64,000 nt of DNA. Source: Gonapodya sp. JEL0774 (Eukaryota). Of this stretch, positions 39,603 through 50,872 are shown piece by piece. The position numbers and the translations under genes were made by a program. Under the pieces are notes generated by a model. It was given only the letters and a program-made list of their open reading frames with translations, ran no database searches and had not been told where the DNA came from. Positions within the stretch are counted from its first letter, which is position 1. Each line of letters opens with the position of its first letter. Location: assembly GCA_027604505.1 (NCBI GenBank), contig JADIIX010000023.1:62001-126000 (forward strand). Reading direction: 5' to 3'.

Positions 39603-42600
39603 ATGTCCGACCGCTCCGATCCCGGCGGCAAGGGCGGAAAACTGCACCATCCATCCCGTGGACGTGGCCGTGGGGCGGGTCAGGCCTCTGGCGACGGAAA
39701 CTCGCGGGACAGGAGAAAAGGTGACGACCAGTCCCATTGTTCCCACATTGCTTCCCCTGGACTCATCCGGCCCCCCTTTTCTGCTTCGCCGGGGTTTATC
39801 TTCCGCCGATTCCGCGATGGATTGGTGTGGTCGTGGTGCGTTGGTTCAGCTCGGCAGCAGGTGAGTCGTGTCAGTGTGGTCATGGTGGTTGGTGATCGTG
39901 GGGCCGCACGCCGAGATGTTCAAGTTCGGACACAGGGGAGATGCCCAGCCATATCTAGCCTTGCGCTATATTGTTCGAATCTCTTTCGTGGGAGTTACCG
40001 GGGACACTTTGGGTTGTTGCGGTTCACAAGGCTGGGGGCTGTTGAAGTGCACTTCGACTCCACGAAAACACAGCATTGCCCGTAAGAATTCTCCATTCAT
40101 CACTCGGACTCCTGGTCCTTATGCTGTCTTCCTCTGCCCGACTCCACAATTCATTCTCCTCACCACAACTCACGTTTTCCCTCCCCCACCCGTGCGCTCT
40201 TCACCCCTCACCTTCCATCCCACAACCCCCAATACCCCCCGCCCCAACCCATAGATGGAGCTCCCACCACACCCCTCCCCCGCTTCCTCCTCAACCCCCG
40301 CACCGTCGTCCCACACACCCCAGAACCCAACCCACGCACCACACCGTCACCACAACAGACACCGCGGCGAACAGGGACATGGACAGGCACAGGGACAGGG
40401 GCAGGGACAAGGAAGTTCCAGCGGGGCGGGTACGTACCTCTGCGTTGTTTGAGAGGTCGAGGCGGGGCGTTTCGAGGTGGTGAAGGTGCACGGCGGTCGT
40501 GTGGGCCGTGGTAGGCCGTGGGCCATGAGCCGGGTGTGGTCCCCCATCCGACCAAGTCCACGCATACCCATGGTGCGCGCGTTTGGCTGCGCTTGTCGCG
40601 CCAGCGCGTGTCTGGGAGCCTGGCCCTTTTGAATGCCGTGGTGATCGATCCGCCCCTACCAACACGCGTTCCAGCCTCACCCTTTCTCCCTTCTCCCCTT
40701 CCCCCCTTTGCCCCCCTCCCGCAGCTCCCACAACCCTCTCCCCCACCCTCTTCGCCCTCCACCGGACCCACGAACTCCACGCCATGGAACACTACCTCTC
40801 TCAAGCCACCGAACTCAAGGGCGGTCTCCGTGTGTTCCAGACGCTCCCGAGACACTTGAGGAGGAGGGCGGCCAGTTGGAACACAAAGAAGCTGCCCAAG
40901 AAGGTCAGGGAGAGGGCGGAGATGGAGGTGGGTTGAAAGAGACGAATGAAGCTGAGGGGGAGGGAAAACGCGGGGAAGGGAGGTTGGGGGTGTGGGGGTG
41001 GGAAGGGGGGCGGTGCCATGGATGGTGTGCGACAACGCCGGTTCCCCAACATGGAGATGCCATGGTGGGCCTTACAGACAAGGCTCATACGACAGTCTTA
41101 TTCAGAGCCGAAACCTCATCCCCGATGGATGGAGCTGCAGCGGGCAAGAGCAGTCTCGAACACCATTCGCACACCCCTCTCACCTCTCGTTTCCCCTCTC
41201 CCTTCCCCCGTGTTTCATAGGCCCTCAAAGACCCCAAATCCCTTCAAAAAACCTTCTCCCGCACCGTCTCCACCTCCGCGTCCGTCAAGCACAGCCGCGG
41301 GATCTCGGTGACCGAGGACTTTGCCCGGCGGGCGAACCGGCCCGGTCAGATCTGGTTGGAGACGCACGTGTGGCATGCTAAGAGGATGCATATGGGGGTC
41401 GTGGGGGGGTTTAAGGTGGTGAGTGAAGAGGAGGGGCGTGGGGAGGGGGGGGGGGGGGGGAGGGGGGAAGGGAGGGCGGGCAGACGGTGTGTGGCAGTAC
41501 GCCGTGGGAAGTCGGTGCACCATTATGGACGCCGCAGTTGGAGGGGCCGGTGGAGATGTACTCGTACGAACGTGTGCTGGGCCTGTGGTGGGGTTTGGGC
41601 CGGGGAGAATGGCGGGCTTTGCAGGCATGGCCACTCGTGAGCGTTTTCCACTCATCCCACACAATGACCGATCCCACATTTCACCCCTCACCGCACCATC
41701 GACTCCCTCCGTCCCCACCCGAACTTTTCCCCCGCCTCTGGTCCGCCCCTTCCCCGCCCTTCCCTCAAAGTCCCTCCACCCCAACGACAAATCCACCCGG
41801 GCGACCCACTCCCACGCCCTCCACCAGTTCCACATCCACGACGCGTCATACACCCGCACCGTGTACGTCCACGGGCCCGCATCTTCTGTCGCTCAGGTGG
41901 TGGAAGGGGTGACCGACCCTGGGGCACCGTCTGTCGGTGGCAAGAGGTTCACCGGAGGCATCAGGCAGGGACGAGTCGTGGTGTATAGTACGGGTGGGTG
42001 GCCCCGGGATGTGCTGGGGCCTGCGTCGTTTGTCTGGGATATTGGGGACGGCGGCGAGCAGCCACAACCCACCTCATCGGACACCACGATCTCCGACAGA
42101 CCCCGGCGCCTCTGGCTGTTCCTCCCGCCTCTACTTCTCGCGCCTGTCCTTGCTTCCTTGGCCGCTTCTGTCGCCCAGCTGGCCGACCCGAGCTCGGTGA
42201 CCGTAGGGGAACTGTCACATCCCATGTTGCGGTTCGAGCTGACGGGCCCGCGGACCATCGCGGCCTTGAAGCACGTGCTGAAGGTCGTGGATCCTCGAGA
42301 TCCGCTCGTGGGCGGTACTGGTGGTGGCGAGGGGACGGTGACCGGAGCGGTCCAGGTGAACAAAGCCAGCCACGAGGCGTGGAAGGTCTTGCAAGAGTGC
42401 CGGACCGCGGCAAGTTGGCCCGCGGGATGTGTGGTGGGCATGCACGTGTGGGATCCGAGACTCGCGTGCGTGGCCCGCTACACACCGCTGTTTCGCACCT
42501 CGGTTGGTTGTTGTCGTCCTTCCTAACATCGCCAACTCCATCCCCCCCCCCCCCCCCCCCCCCCCCACTAAACAAATGCCACACCGCCACAACCAGATTT

Positions 42601-44408
42601 CCTCGGCCCATTCCTCCCCGCCATCCGCCCGCTCCAGGGTCCGACCGTACTCTCCACAAGCTTCTGCTGGACTGGCCAAAGGATCTCGCGCGGTCCCCTC
42701 TGTGGGACGAAGAAGTAAGAAAGGCTCTGAGCGCCAACGTGCCGACCGAGAAGTCCTTGAACGAGAGGAGGAGCCAGGTGAGAATAGCATGATCACATTG
42801 GAACAGCGAATATGAGGTGTCACGGGATGCATTCGCCAACTTCCGTCTGTACCCACCATCACCTCCAGAACCTCATCCCTGGCACCCCCCTCTCCCCCTG
42901 TCTTTCCGACCCACCGATTCCCATCCTTCTCATGCATCGTGGCACCCTCTCCCCAGTCACCGCCGCCGTACCCGCCGCGAGGGAGTCCAGGGAGATAGAG
43001 AGCGGTCTGGATTTGCTCGTGCCGCAAGGCTGGGGCATGGCATTTTGGAAGGCGTTGGCGTTTGCGGGAGGTGTTGTGGGAGGTGGGTCGTTTCGCGCAC
43101 ACAAGGAGTCGTGGGGCGTTGTGTTTGCGTCAAGCGCCAGCATGTCCAGACTTGTGTCAAATCTGGCGTTTTTTCAATCGAGTGGCTTTGTTGAACTACG
43201 CCCTTCTTCCACTGTGTGCTTATGTAGGTCACCGCGATCGGCGCTTTCTCCATTTTGAGGCTCTTCTCCCCTCGTTTCCATACGATCACCCTTCCACCTC
43301 TGCATACGCCGAGCACGCAAAGGAGGTGACGTCTCATGCGGCGGAACTCCATGGGAGGAAACCACCTGCCAAGAGAGTCAACTATGCGAAGAATGGGGTG
43401 CGGAGTCCGTTTGGGGCGGAGTGGAGGCGATTGTTTTGGGACACGGATGCAGATACGCAAGGCGATGGGTCTGCGGGTGTTGGTTCGGAAAAACCACCTG
43501 GGTACTGGGTGGTAGAGAGCCCAGCGTTGGTCAAGACTCTCCAGGAGCTTCTCGAGTCTAGCACACCTTTGTCGGCCGAATCAGCGTGCAGTGCTCTGAC
43601 AACCCAGATGATCGCCACAGCAGCAAAGCGCGGTGTAAGGGTCCCGATCGACGATGTGAAAGTTTTCGCGAATGCCTTGGTGCGAGTGAGATTGGAGGTC
43701 GTAGGGAAGGGAAAACCGGAGGAAAACTTCTTTGTGAGGGCAGTTTCGGAGATGGAGTACCGCGACGTTGAGAAAGAGGCGGAAGCTTATGGTGGTGGTT
43801 GGAGATCTGGCCTAGATGCAGGGAAGAGGAAACGACGACGAGGAGAAGACGATATTGAGTTGGTTGGGATGGATGATTCGGCGGATGAGACGGAGAGCGA
43901 GGAGGATACCGATGATGAGGAGATGACGGAGGAGGACGATGAAGTAGAGGAAAGTGAAGATGAAGAGAATGGAGGACCGGGTGGAGGTACAGAGGATATG
44001 GATCTGGATGTACAAAAGCCGAGATCAGCGAGTGCGAGTGGGAAGAGCACACGGCTGCTGGTACGTTTCCCTGCTCTTCCCAAACCGACACACTGCATAT
44101 TGGAGTTTACGCGAGTCGTTACAGGAGAACGACCCTTGGCATGACCGGTCTATCCTGGGCTTCGTAACGTCGGGTCAGTACTCTTTCTCAGAGGGGAGGG
44201 GGCGGGCTTTTGGTTGCGTTGCGCTGCAGCGGCTGCTTGAGTCCCACGCGGCTGCCAGAATGTAAGTTTCGTGTTATGTGATGCTTGAAGCTCTGTTCAT
44301 ACGTCATCTTCACTATGCAGGGAGGGTCGCAAATTTGCCAATATTGTACACATACAGTCAACGCGCAGTCTGGTGCGGAGACCGGCTCTCTTCTCACTTT
44401 GCATATAA
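39603..44408 (+). CDS. POP1: RNase P/MRP subunit POP1, multi-exon; start may instead be 40255
   Basis: VFQTLPRHLRRRAASWNTKKLPKKVR; WLETHVWHAKRMH; IHDASY; RFELTGP; VWDPRL; POPLD-like PQGWG.AFW and PSFPYDHP; RKPPAKRVNY; ILGFVTSGQYSFSEGRG. Confidence 0.93.
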
Positions 44409-44786
44409 TTCTGTATAATTCTGTTATCATCGAGCCAGCCGAATTTCTCCAACATAGCAATCGCATACCCACATCAAAGTCGCTTGTAGGTTTCTGCCGA
44501 CAATGAAGCTCAGCTTCTGTTGTTCTGGTATTCTTGTCTTCAAACAATCTTATGAAATACTACTGAAAATGTTCGTGTAACATACATGCAAAACAATACG
44601 ATCCGACTGTTAAATGATCTTTTCTTTCCTACAATTACTCTTTCCTAAAGGGGTAAGAGGGTTTTTTGGGTGCAGCCAATTCAGTGCACGATATCTTCAA
44701 CTATTGTTCATGTTCCTTTTCATTGCGAAGACTTTACCGATCGAAATCCCTTTCACACCACCAATCGTTTCTTCAACACACCAGAA

Positions 44787-46143
44787 ATGCCGACTCACAC
44801 GGGGAGCAAGTCCACATCGCCACGTCTCGGCGGATCCCACCCTCACGATTCCTCGATCGCTCCATCTACCGATGACCATTCATCTGGCTCTCACGCCAAA
44901 TCACATGACCACGAGCGAGAGTATAGTGACAGTAACGAAGATTCGTCCGATCGAGATCCATTGGAGCACCCACGGATACATGCTCCGACTCATCGAGAGG
45001 GTACCGAGTTTGATGACCCTTCTCAGATACCAAAGTACTTCCCGTACAACTCTCTAACCCCTTGCACAAACCGATGGCTGAAGAAGCGATGGGACGATCA
45101 TGCGTGAGTTTCCTAGGCATGAGTGGGCGCAAAATTATCAAATTGGTGTCATTCCGTCGCACCTCGGTCATTGTAGTCAGAACAAGCACAGAGAAAGAAT
45201 TGCAAACATAGGCGCCGCGATCGGTAAATTCCCTATGCACTAAGATAATGATTGAAATTGTCTTTTAACTGGAGTGCTCGGTTCAGATAACACTCGTCCT
45301 GTGGGTTTCCACCACAAGTTTGATGCAAAACAGCAAAAGATCAAACAACGTGAGTGGAGTCTTTACTAAGCTCTGTATGCCGTTTTACGTAATGTATCTT
45401 ATTTAATCACTTCAGAGCGCGCCGAGGAAATCCATCAGCAAAACCTCAAGATACTTCAGAAATTATCAAAGATTGCCGCCCGTAAGAATACAACTTTCTC
45501 ATCGCCAGGACATCAGCCACCTTTTCACGAAAAACGGATCCGAGAGCTCAAAAGTATTCAAGAACAGAACTTGGTGAATGCAATATTCTCCTTCCATCAA
45601 GTGTATACTCCTATGTCTGAGGTTTAATCTTCCACTACTGTCACCGCGAAACAGCACATTCTCCGTCGCATCATCGACATCTCCACTGACAAACGTTCCC
45701 CTTATTCCCGCACTAAACTTCTAAAGTCTGCAGATGCCAATCAATCTCTAGTAGCACGAATATCTGTGTACCCTCCTCCAACTTCCCCGGAACCCGGCTC
45801 GCACAGCGCCGCTCGACCGTGGCTGTCAGCCAATGGGACACGAGGCCATGTTTCTGAGTTGGAGGACAACGGATATGACTCTTTCGAAGACGAGCAGTTC
45901 GCCACGAAACGCGAAGGTCACGCGCGGACAAAACGCATGGGGCCCGCAACCGGGTGGACGGTGGATCAGCTAGATGATGCAGAGCGAGCGTATATGAGCA
46001 GGGCGGAGGAGATCTTGGCTAAAACCGGACGGAAGCCTACAGGGCCTTCTGGGGCTTCTGCAGCTTCGAAGTCCTCTGGAAAGGCCTTGAATCCCCACGA
46101 ATATGAAGAGTCAAAAGAAATCACGCGAAAGCTCCCAAAGTGA
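44787..46143 (+). CDS. CFAP97D/KIAA1430-domain-like cilia/flagella-associated protein
   Basis: PCTNRWLKKRWD..., DNTRP.G.HH..., KQQ|RAEEIHQQNLKILQKLSKI and RIRELKSIQEQNL|HILRRI resemble the repeated R..EI...N..L..++..I pattern of this family. Confidence 0.6.
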
Positions 46144-46272
46144 TTTCATCTACTTATTAGATGATCGTCACGATGTAACAAATTCTTTTTTATTTATTTT
46201 TCTTGTGTGCGATTGTCTCTTCGACTGTCTTCAATCTGTGCTATAACATCAAGACAAAACACAGCAAAAACA

Positions 46273-47427
46273 TTATCGTGCAACTCCCCCGGCAAGGGCA
46301 TCTTCTAAAACCTTACGAAACTCGGCGGCTTCTCGCCAACAATCGAGGGGTGTATCAGGATTCGACCTCAGCGAGGAGAATTGTGGAGAAGTTCGTGTGA
46401 ATGCGAAGGTAGAAGTGAAAACATTTCAACACAATGACAAAGTGAACTGATGTGAGGTGGCTGAGAAATAACAGCAGGAGACAACTCACTTGTAGCATGC
46501 CATTACAGCCTGCTTCTTTGCCAAAATTTCAGGGTCCGGAGTCGGGATAGGGTAACTGGCATTGGTACAAAGGAGAGTGGGTAAAATGAGAGACGCGGTT
46601 CAAAATGAAAGCAATAACAACACAGTATCCACACACGCGGTTCAAAATGAAATAACAACACAGTATCCACATTTTCACACAATCCAAGCCCTTCAATAAT
46701 ACGTCAACAAGCAGAAAGTGTGAGAGTGAAACTAGCGGTGGAATGGAAAAGGTTGCGATCGGCTAACATCTCCGCCGCTCAACCACCAAGTAATAATCGT
46801 CTTCCGTGTGTTTCAAGCCAGCTTTTAAAGCATTTCCAATCCCAGTCAATAGTACAACTCACGATTTGTGTCGTTCTAGCAGCTCTTCTGCTCTCTTCGC
46901 TACTTGTTCCCGGTCGACCTCCTCTCTCAGCTCCCGAGCAACCTGCTGTCCTCGTTGAACCTTGTCCACTTCATGTGCAATATGGTGGGCCAGCAAGTCC
47001 GCTACTTCACGCTCCGAGTAGACTGGACGGTTGGCAGGGTCGGCAGAGAGGGTTTTGAGGAGGGAGGGCGAAAACTGGGCGATTGCATGGCGTAATTCAT
47101 CCATATGAATCGCGCCAGTGAATTGAATAGATTGAATGAATAGAGGAATCCGGTGCAGGAATGTACAGGAATACAGGCGCCAGAGCGATGGTGAGACAGA
47201 ATCAAACCGTTCATCCGCAATGAATGATTGTGCAACGGTAGAAAAGCGTGTGTTGATCACATAAGCAACATGAAAGGCATTGTTGTGGGAAGATGAGTGA
47301 CGTGTTCTAGCAAGCATGCCTCTTTCAATCGTCGGACAACAGCGAGGCACAAGCACCTGGATTGGGACATTAGGCAGGTCCTTTGAAAACTCCAAGGTTT
47401 CTCCCTCTTTCGACTGTTGTCCACCCA
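46273..47427 (-). CDS. MIC19: MICOS subunit Mic19 (DUF1690-like); the A of the ATG probably lies on an upstream exon
   Basis: (M)GGQQSK myristoylation-type N-terminus; PIQ|FSPSLL; coiled coil; C-terminal CX10C ACYK|SNPDTPLDCWREAAEFR. Confidence 0.8.
46593..46671. repeat. Tandem duplication of about 40 bp inside a Mic19 intron
   Basis: ACGCGGTTCAAAATGAAA(GCA)ATAACAACACAGTATCCACA occurs twice in succession. Confidence 0.85.
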
Positions 47428-47940
47428 CTGAAACCCAGAAGAAGGGAACCAGATGATTGATCGCAGCACCAGCAGATCCATTAAAATGGCCCGTTAGGGC
47501 GAAAGATTCGTCAGATAGAAAGTGAAGGGAGGAACGGGAATGACTGATACTCGCTGATGTGAAAAATGTGCAAAGACTGGGGGCAGATCACATGGTTATG
47601 CTAACTGAACTCAGAGAAAAAATGAGTTAACGACTTCCTTTCGCCATGTCTGAGGGTTCCAGAATTTCCAGATATTGTGTGATAGGCTTTTCGTAGATTG
47701 TATCGGGATGCTCTGTTGATACCAACAGCCAATGAAGGCAATGTATATATTTGATGATTCTGAGCACAGAGGAGAGCAAGTCTCACACAAATTTGAATTT
47801 TATCTCCATTCTGAGATGATCTCATCTTTGCTGTCCGCTCTCTGGCTTGTTCAGACTCAACAAAGTCATTTAGTTGTTGAGCCCAGACTTCGGTCACAAC
47901 AAGGCCACCCAACTCAATCGATAGTTTTGAATTCGCGGAG

Positions 47941-50753
47941 ATGCCCGTAATCAAAGTATCTGTCAAGTGGAGTGGCAAGAAGGTGCGCTACACCGTGGAC
48001 CCCTTCTTGTTCATCCGTTCTTTCAAGTCATTGACAGCGATCTACATGCGCCGACCCACGCAATGTTGCTGTACAATTGCTCCTCTTGCGGAATCACCGA
48101 AACTGTTACATGATGATCCTCGACCTTCGTGCCGGGATGACATTCGTCGGTTATCACTCGTGCTGCACGGGGATCTTCAGTTTGATGATGTGGAGCTCGA
48201 CACCGTGAGCATCACTACCTACCAAATATGAATGAAAATCAATTCGATGATTATGTGTTCTTTCTCTTTCCAAACCTGTTTGCTCATTGCATTGTTCGCC
48301 AGGATGATTCGGCGACAACCTTCAAAGCGACTCTCTTCTCCCTTACCGGGGTCGCACCGGACAGGCAAAAGATTATGGTTAAGGGTGGAATGCTCAAGGT
48401 GAGATCTACTTGTTTATCAGCTAAGGTCCTAGATTCAATCGGTGATGGGGAGGATTTGCAATGAAACTTGCGCAAGTATTCTCTGCGTCTGCTATTGTTG
48501 GTCAGCCTGCGAAGGGAATGACGAGCACGGATGTGCTCTTCAAATGTACCGTTGACTTCCAGAAGTGCGTCCAGACTTACTTGTAACTCGGTATCGTCAC
48601 CCGTGCTTCTCATCTTCTAGGACGAAACGAACTTAAACACCCTCGGGTTGAAGCCTGGTCACCAGTTTATGATGATGGGCACTGCGGGAGAGCTGCCTAA
48701 AGAACCAGTAAAGAAAGCTGTTTTCCTGGAGGACATGACTGGCGAGGAGCTTGCAAGAGCAGTGGGTGTTGTTCTCAATGAAAGTGAGAATCAACTGGAT
48801 TGTGCATTGAACGACTTACCGCATTATACCCTTATTTCTATGTCTACTATTTTTTCTGTTCAATTTTCTTCCTTTGCTGCTTTTGTTTCTGTCGTCAGAT
48901 GGACACCCCGAACGGGCTTGTCAACTGTAAGTCATGCCTTCGGGCGATCAGAAGAAAATTTTTTAGTTTACTAAACCAACCCACATCTCAAGTGGGTAAC
49001 ACTTGTTACATGAACTCAACCTTGCAGACACTGCGTGTTATCCCGGAGCTACAGGAGGCGTTGCAACAGTGATTGTCCAATCGGAAACTCAGAAATACTT
49101 CTCTCAAGCTCAACTCCCATCGACCTTTTCTCTAGTCTTACCACGCCGATGACATCGAACCCTCGCCAAAATGTGGCGGTTTCTCTCAAGGATCTTTTCA
49201 AACTCCTCAATACCACACCGGAATCTGTACCTCCATTTGTCTTTCTTCAGGTGCTCCGCTCCGCTTTCCCTCAGTTTGCGGAGCAAAGTGCTCGGGGTGG
49301 CGGCTTTGCCCAGCAAGATGCGGAGGAATGTTGGGGTGCTATTGTTTCCTCACTCAGGGACACGGTTCCGGGAAAGGACAAAGAGGGAAATTGGGTGAAG
49401 CCGTCAGAAGGAAAGGGATGGGTCGAGGAGTACATGACAGGCGAGATGGAAGAAACGTCTGTGTGCACGGTCTTTGGAGTTTTGGCTTATCGAAAGAATC
49501 GTTTTGAATCAATCATCATTTGACTAGTCTGACCTGCGACGATGCACCTACTGAGCCACCAACCATATCCAAGGACACTTTTACTAAAATGACGGTCAAT
49601 ATTTCCCAAGGGGTGGTAACTTACATGACATCCGAGATTGAGCAGGTACGCGTTCCCTCATACAATGTTTCTATTGTCCTTGTCGATGACATCACAGACA
49701 TGAACCACAGTCCCTCGTTCAAACAATCGAGAAGAACTCTCCCACTCTTGAAAGGAACGCAAAGTATACCAAAAAGTCCGCTATATCTCGCCTTCCCTCG
49801 TACCTCTCTGTGCAGTTTGTTCGATTCCAGTGGAAGGCACAAGAACGAGTTCGAGCAAAAATCTTGAAACGTGTTAAGTTTCCATTCGAGTTGGACATGA
49901 CGCCATACACTACCAAAGCATTAGGAGAGAAGTTAAAACCAGGAAGGGACTACGTGAGGAAAAGATCAGACGAGAAGGAAGCAGAGAAGGTAGGCGGGTG
50001 TTTGACTTGTCAGTAAGCCTAAAACAATTTCAAGATATTAAAGACATTAATTTCTATCCCCATTTTGGCTCGCGAAAATACAGAAAAAGGCCAAAACAGG
50101 GAAGCGGGACGCTGAAGGTGTCGTCAAGAAACTAGAAGGAGACTCCGATGCCATGGAAGTGGAGCCGGCGTCTAAGACAATCGACCAAATTTGCGATGAA
50201 GTTGGAGTTAGTAAGGAGTTGAGAGATGACGTGGGAGCATCTTTGACGGGGATGTACGATTTGGTGGTGAGCTCGCCGTCACTCATGAACCTACCGGTTT
50301 GAATGATTGATCGTGTAATTTGCGCCAGGGTGTTGTCACACACCTCGGCAGGACAGCTGATGGTGGACACTACATCGGTTGGGTTCGCAATGGTCTCTCG
50401 GATGACTGGTGTAGGTTATTTATCGACCCAATTTTAGTTGGTCGATTCCTGACCGAAGCTGTTTCCTCTTTGTTCAGTCAAGTTTGATGATGATAAAGTC
50501 TCACCTGTCAAATCAGATGATATTTTGAAGCTGGAAGGTGGGGGCGAATATCACGCAGGTGAGTTAGATTTGTCACGGGTTCACGGGATGTAATTGTGGA
50601 TTTTCCGAGAAATGATGGGTTCTCCAACACCATTCTATTCCGTGGTTGTTGTCGGGGTATTCCCACCAATATCTGACAAAATCTATCCAATACTCCGTAT
50701 CAACCCCAAAAGCATACATCTGTCTATATAAAACGCGGGATCTTTTAGACTAA
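47941..50753 (+). CDS. UBP6: Proteasome-associated deubiquitinase Ubp6/USP14
   Basis: UBL N-terminus VKWSGKK|FDDVEL, LFSLTGVAPDRQKIMVKGGMLK, MMMGTAGELP; Cys box GLVN|LGNTCYMNST; QQDAEECW; His box GRTADGGHYIGW; KFDDDKVS; LEGGGEYH. Confidence 0.95.
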
Positions 50754-50872
50754 AATGATAGTGCATGTCGTAGCAAGCAGTTTGCAGTACAACGTCCGAC
50801 TGCCGATTGCCCGAGTATTGAAGAGATTTGAGCACAAAAAGTGCAGTATAATTCTCACACTGTTGTTGCAGT

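Noticed and set aside
36676..43460. Numerous long antisense or overlapping ORFs in the RNR/POP1 region
   Set aside because: Explained by GC-rich, stop-poor sequence opposite real exons and introns.
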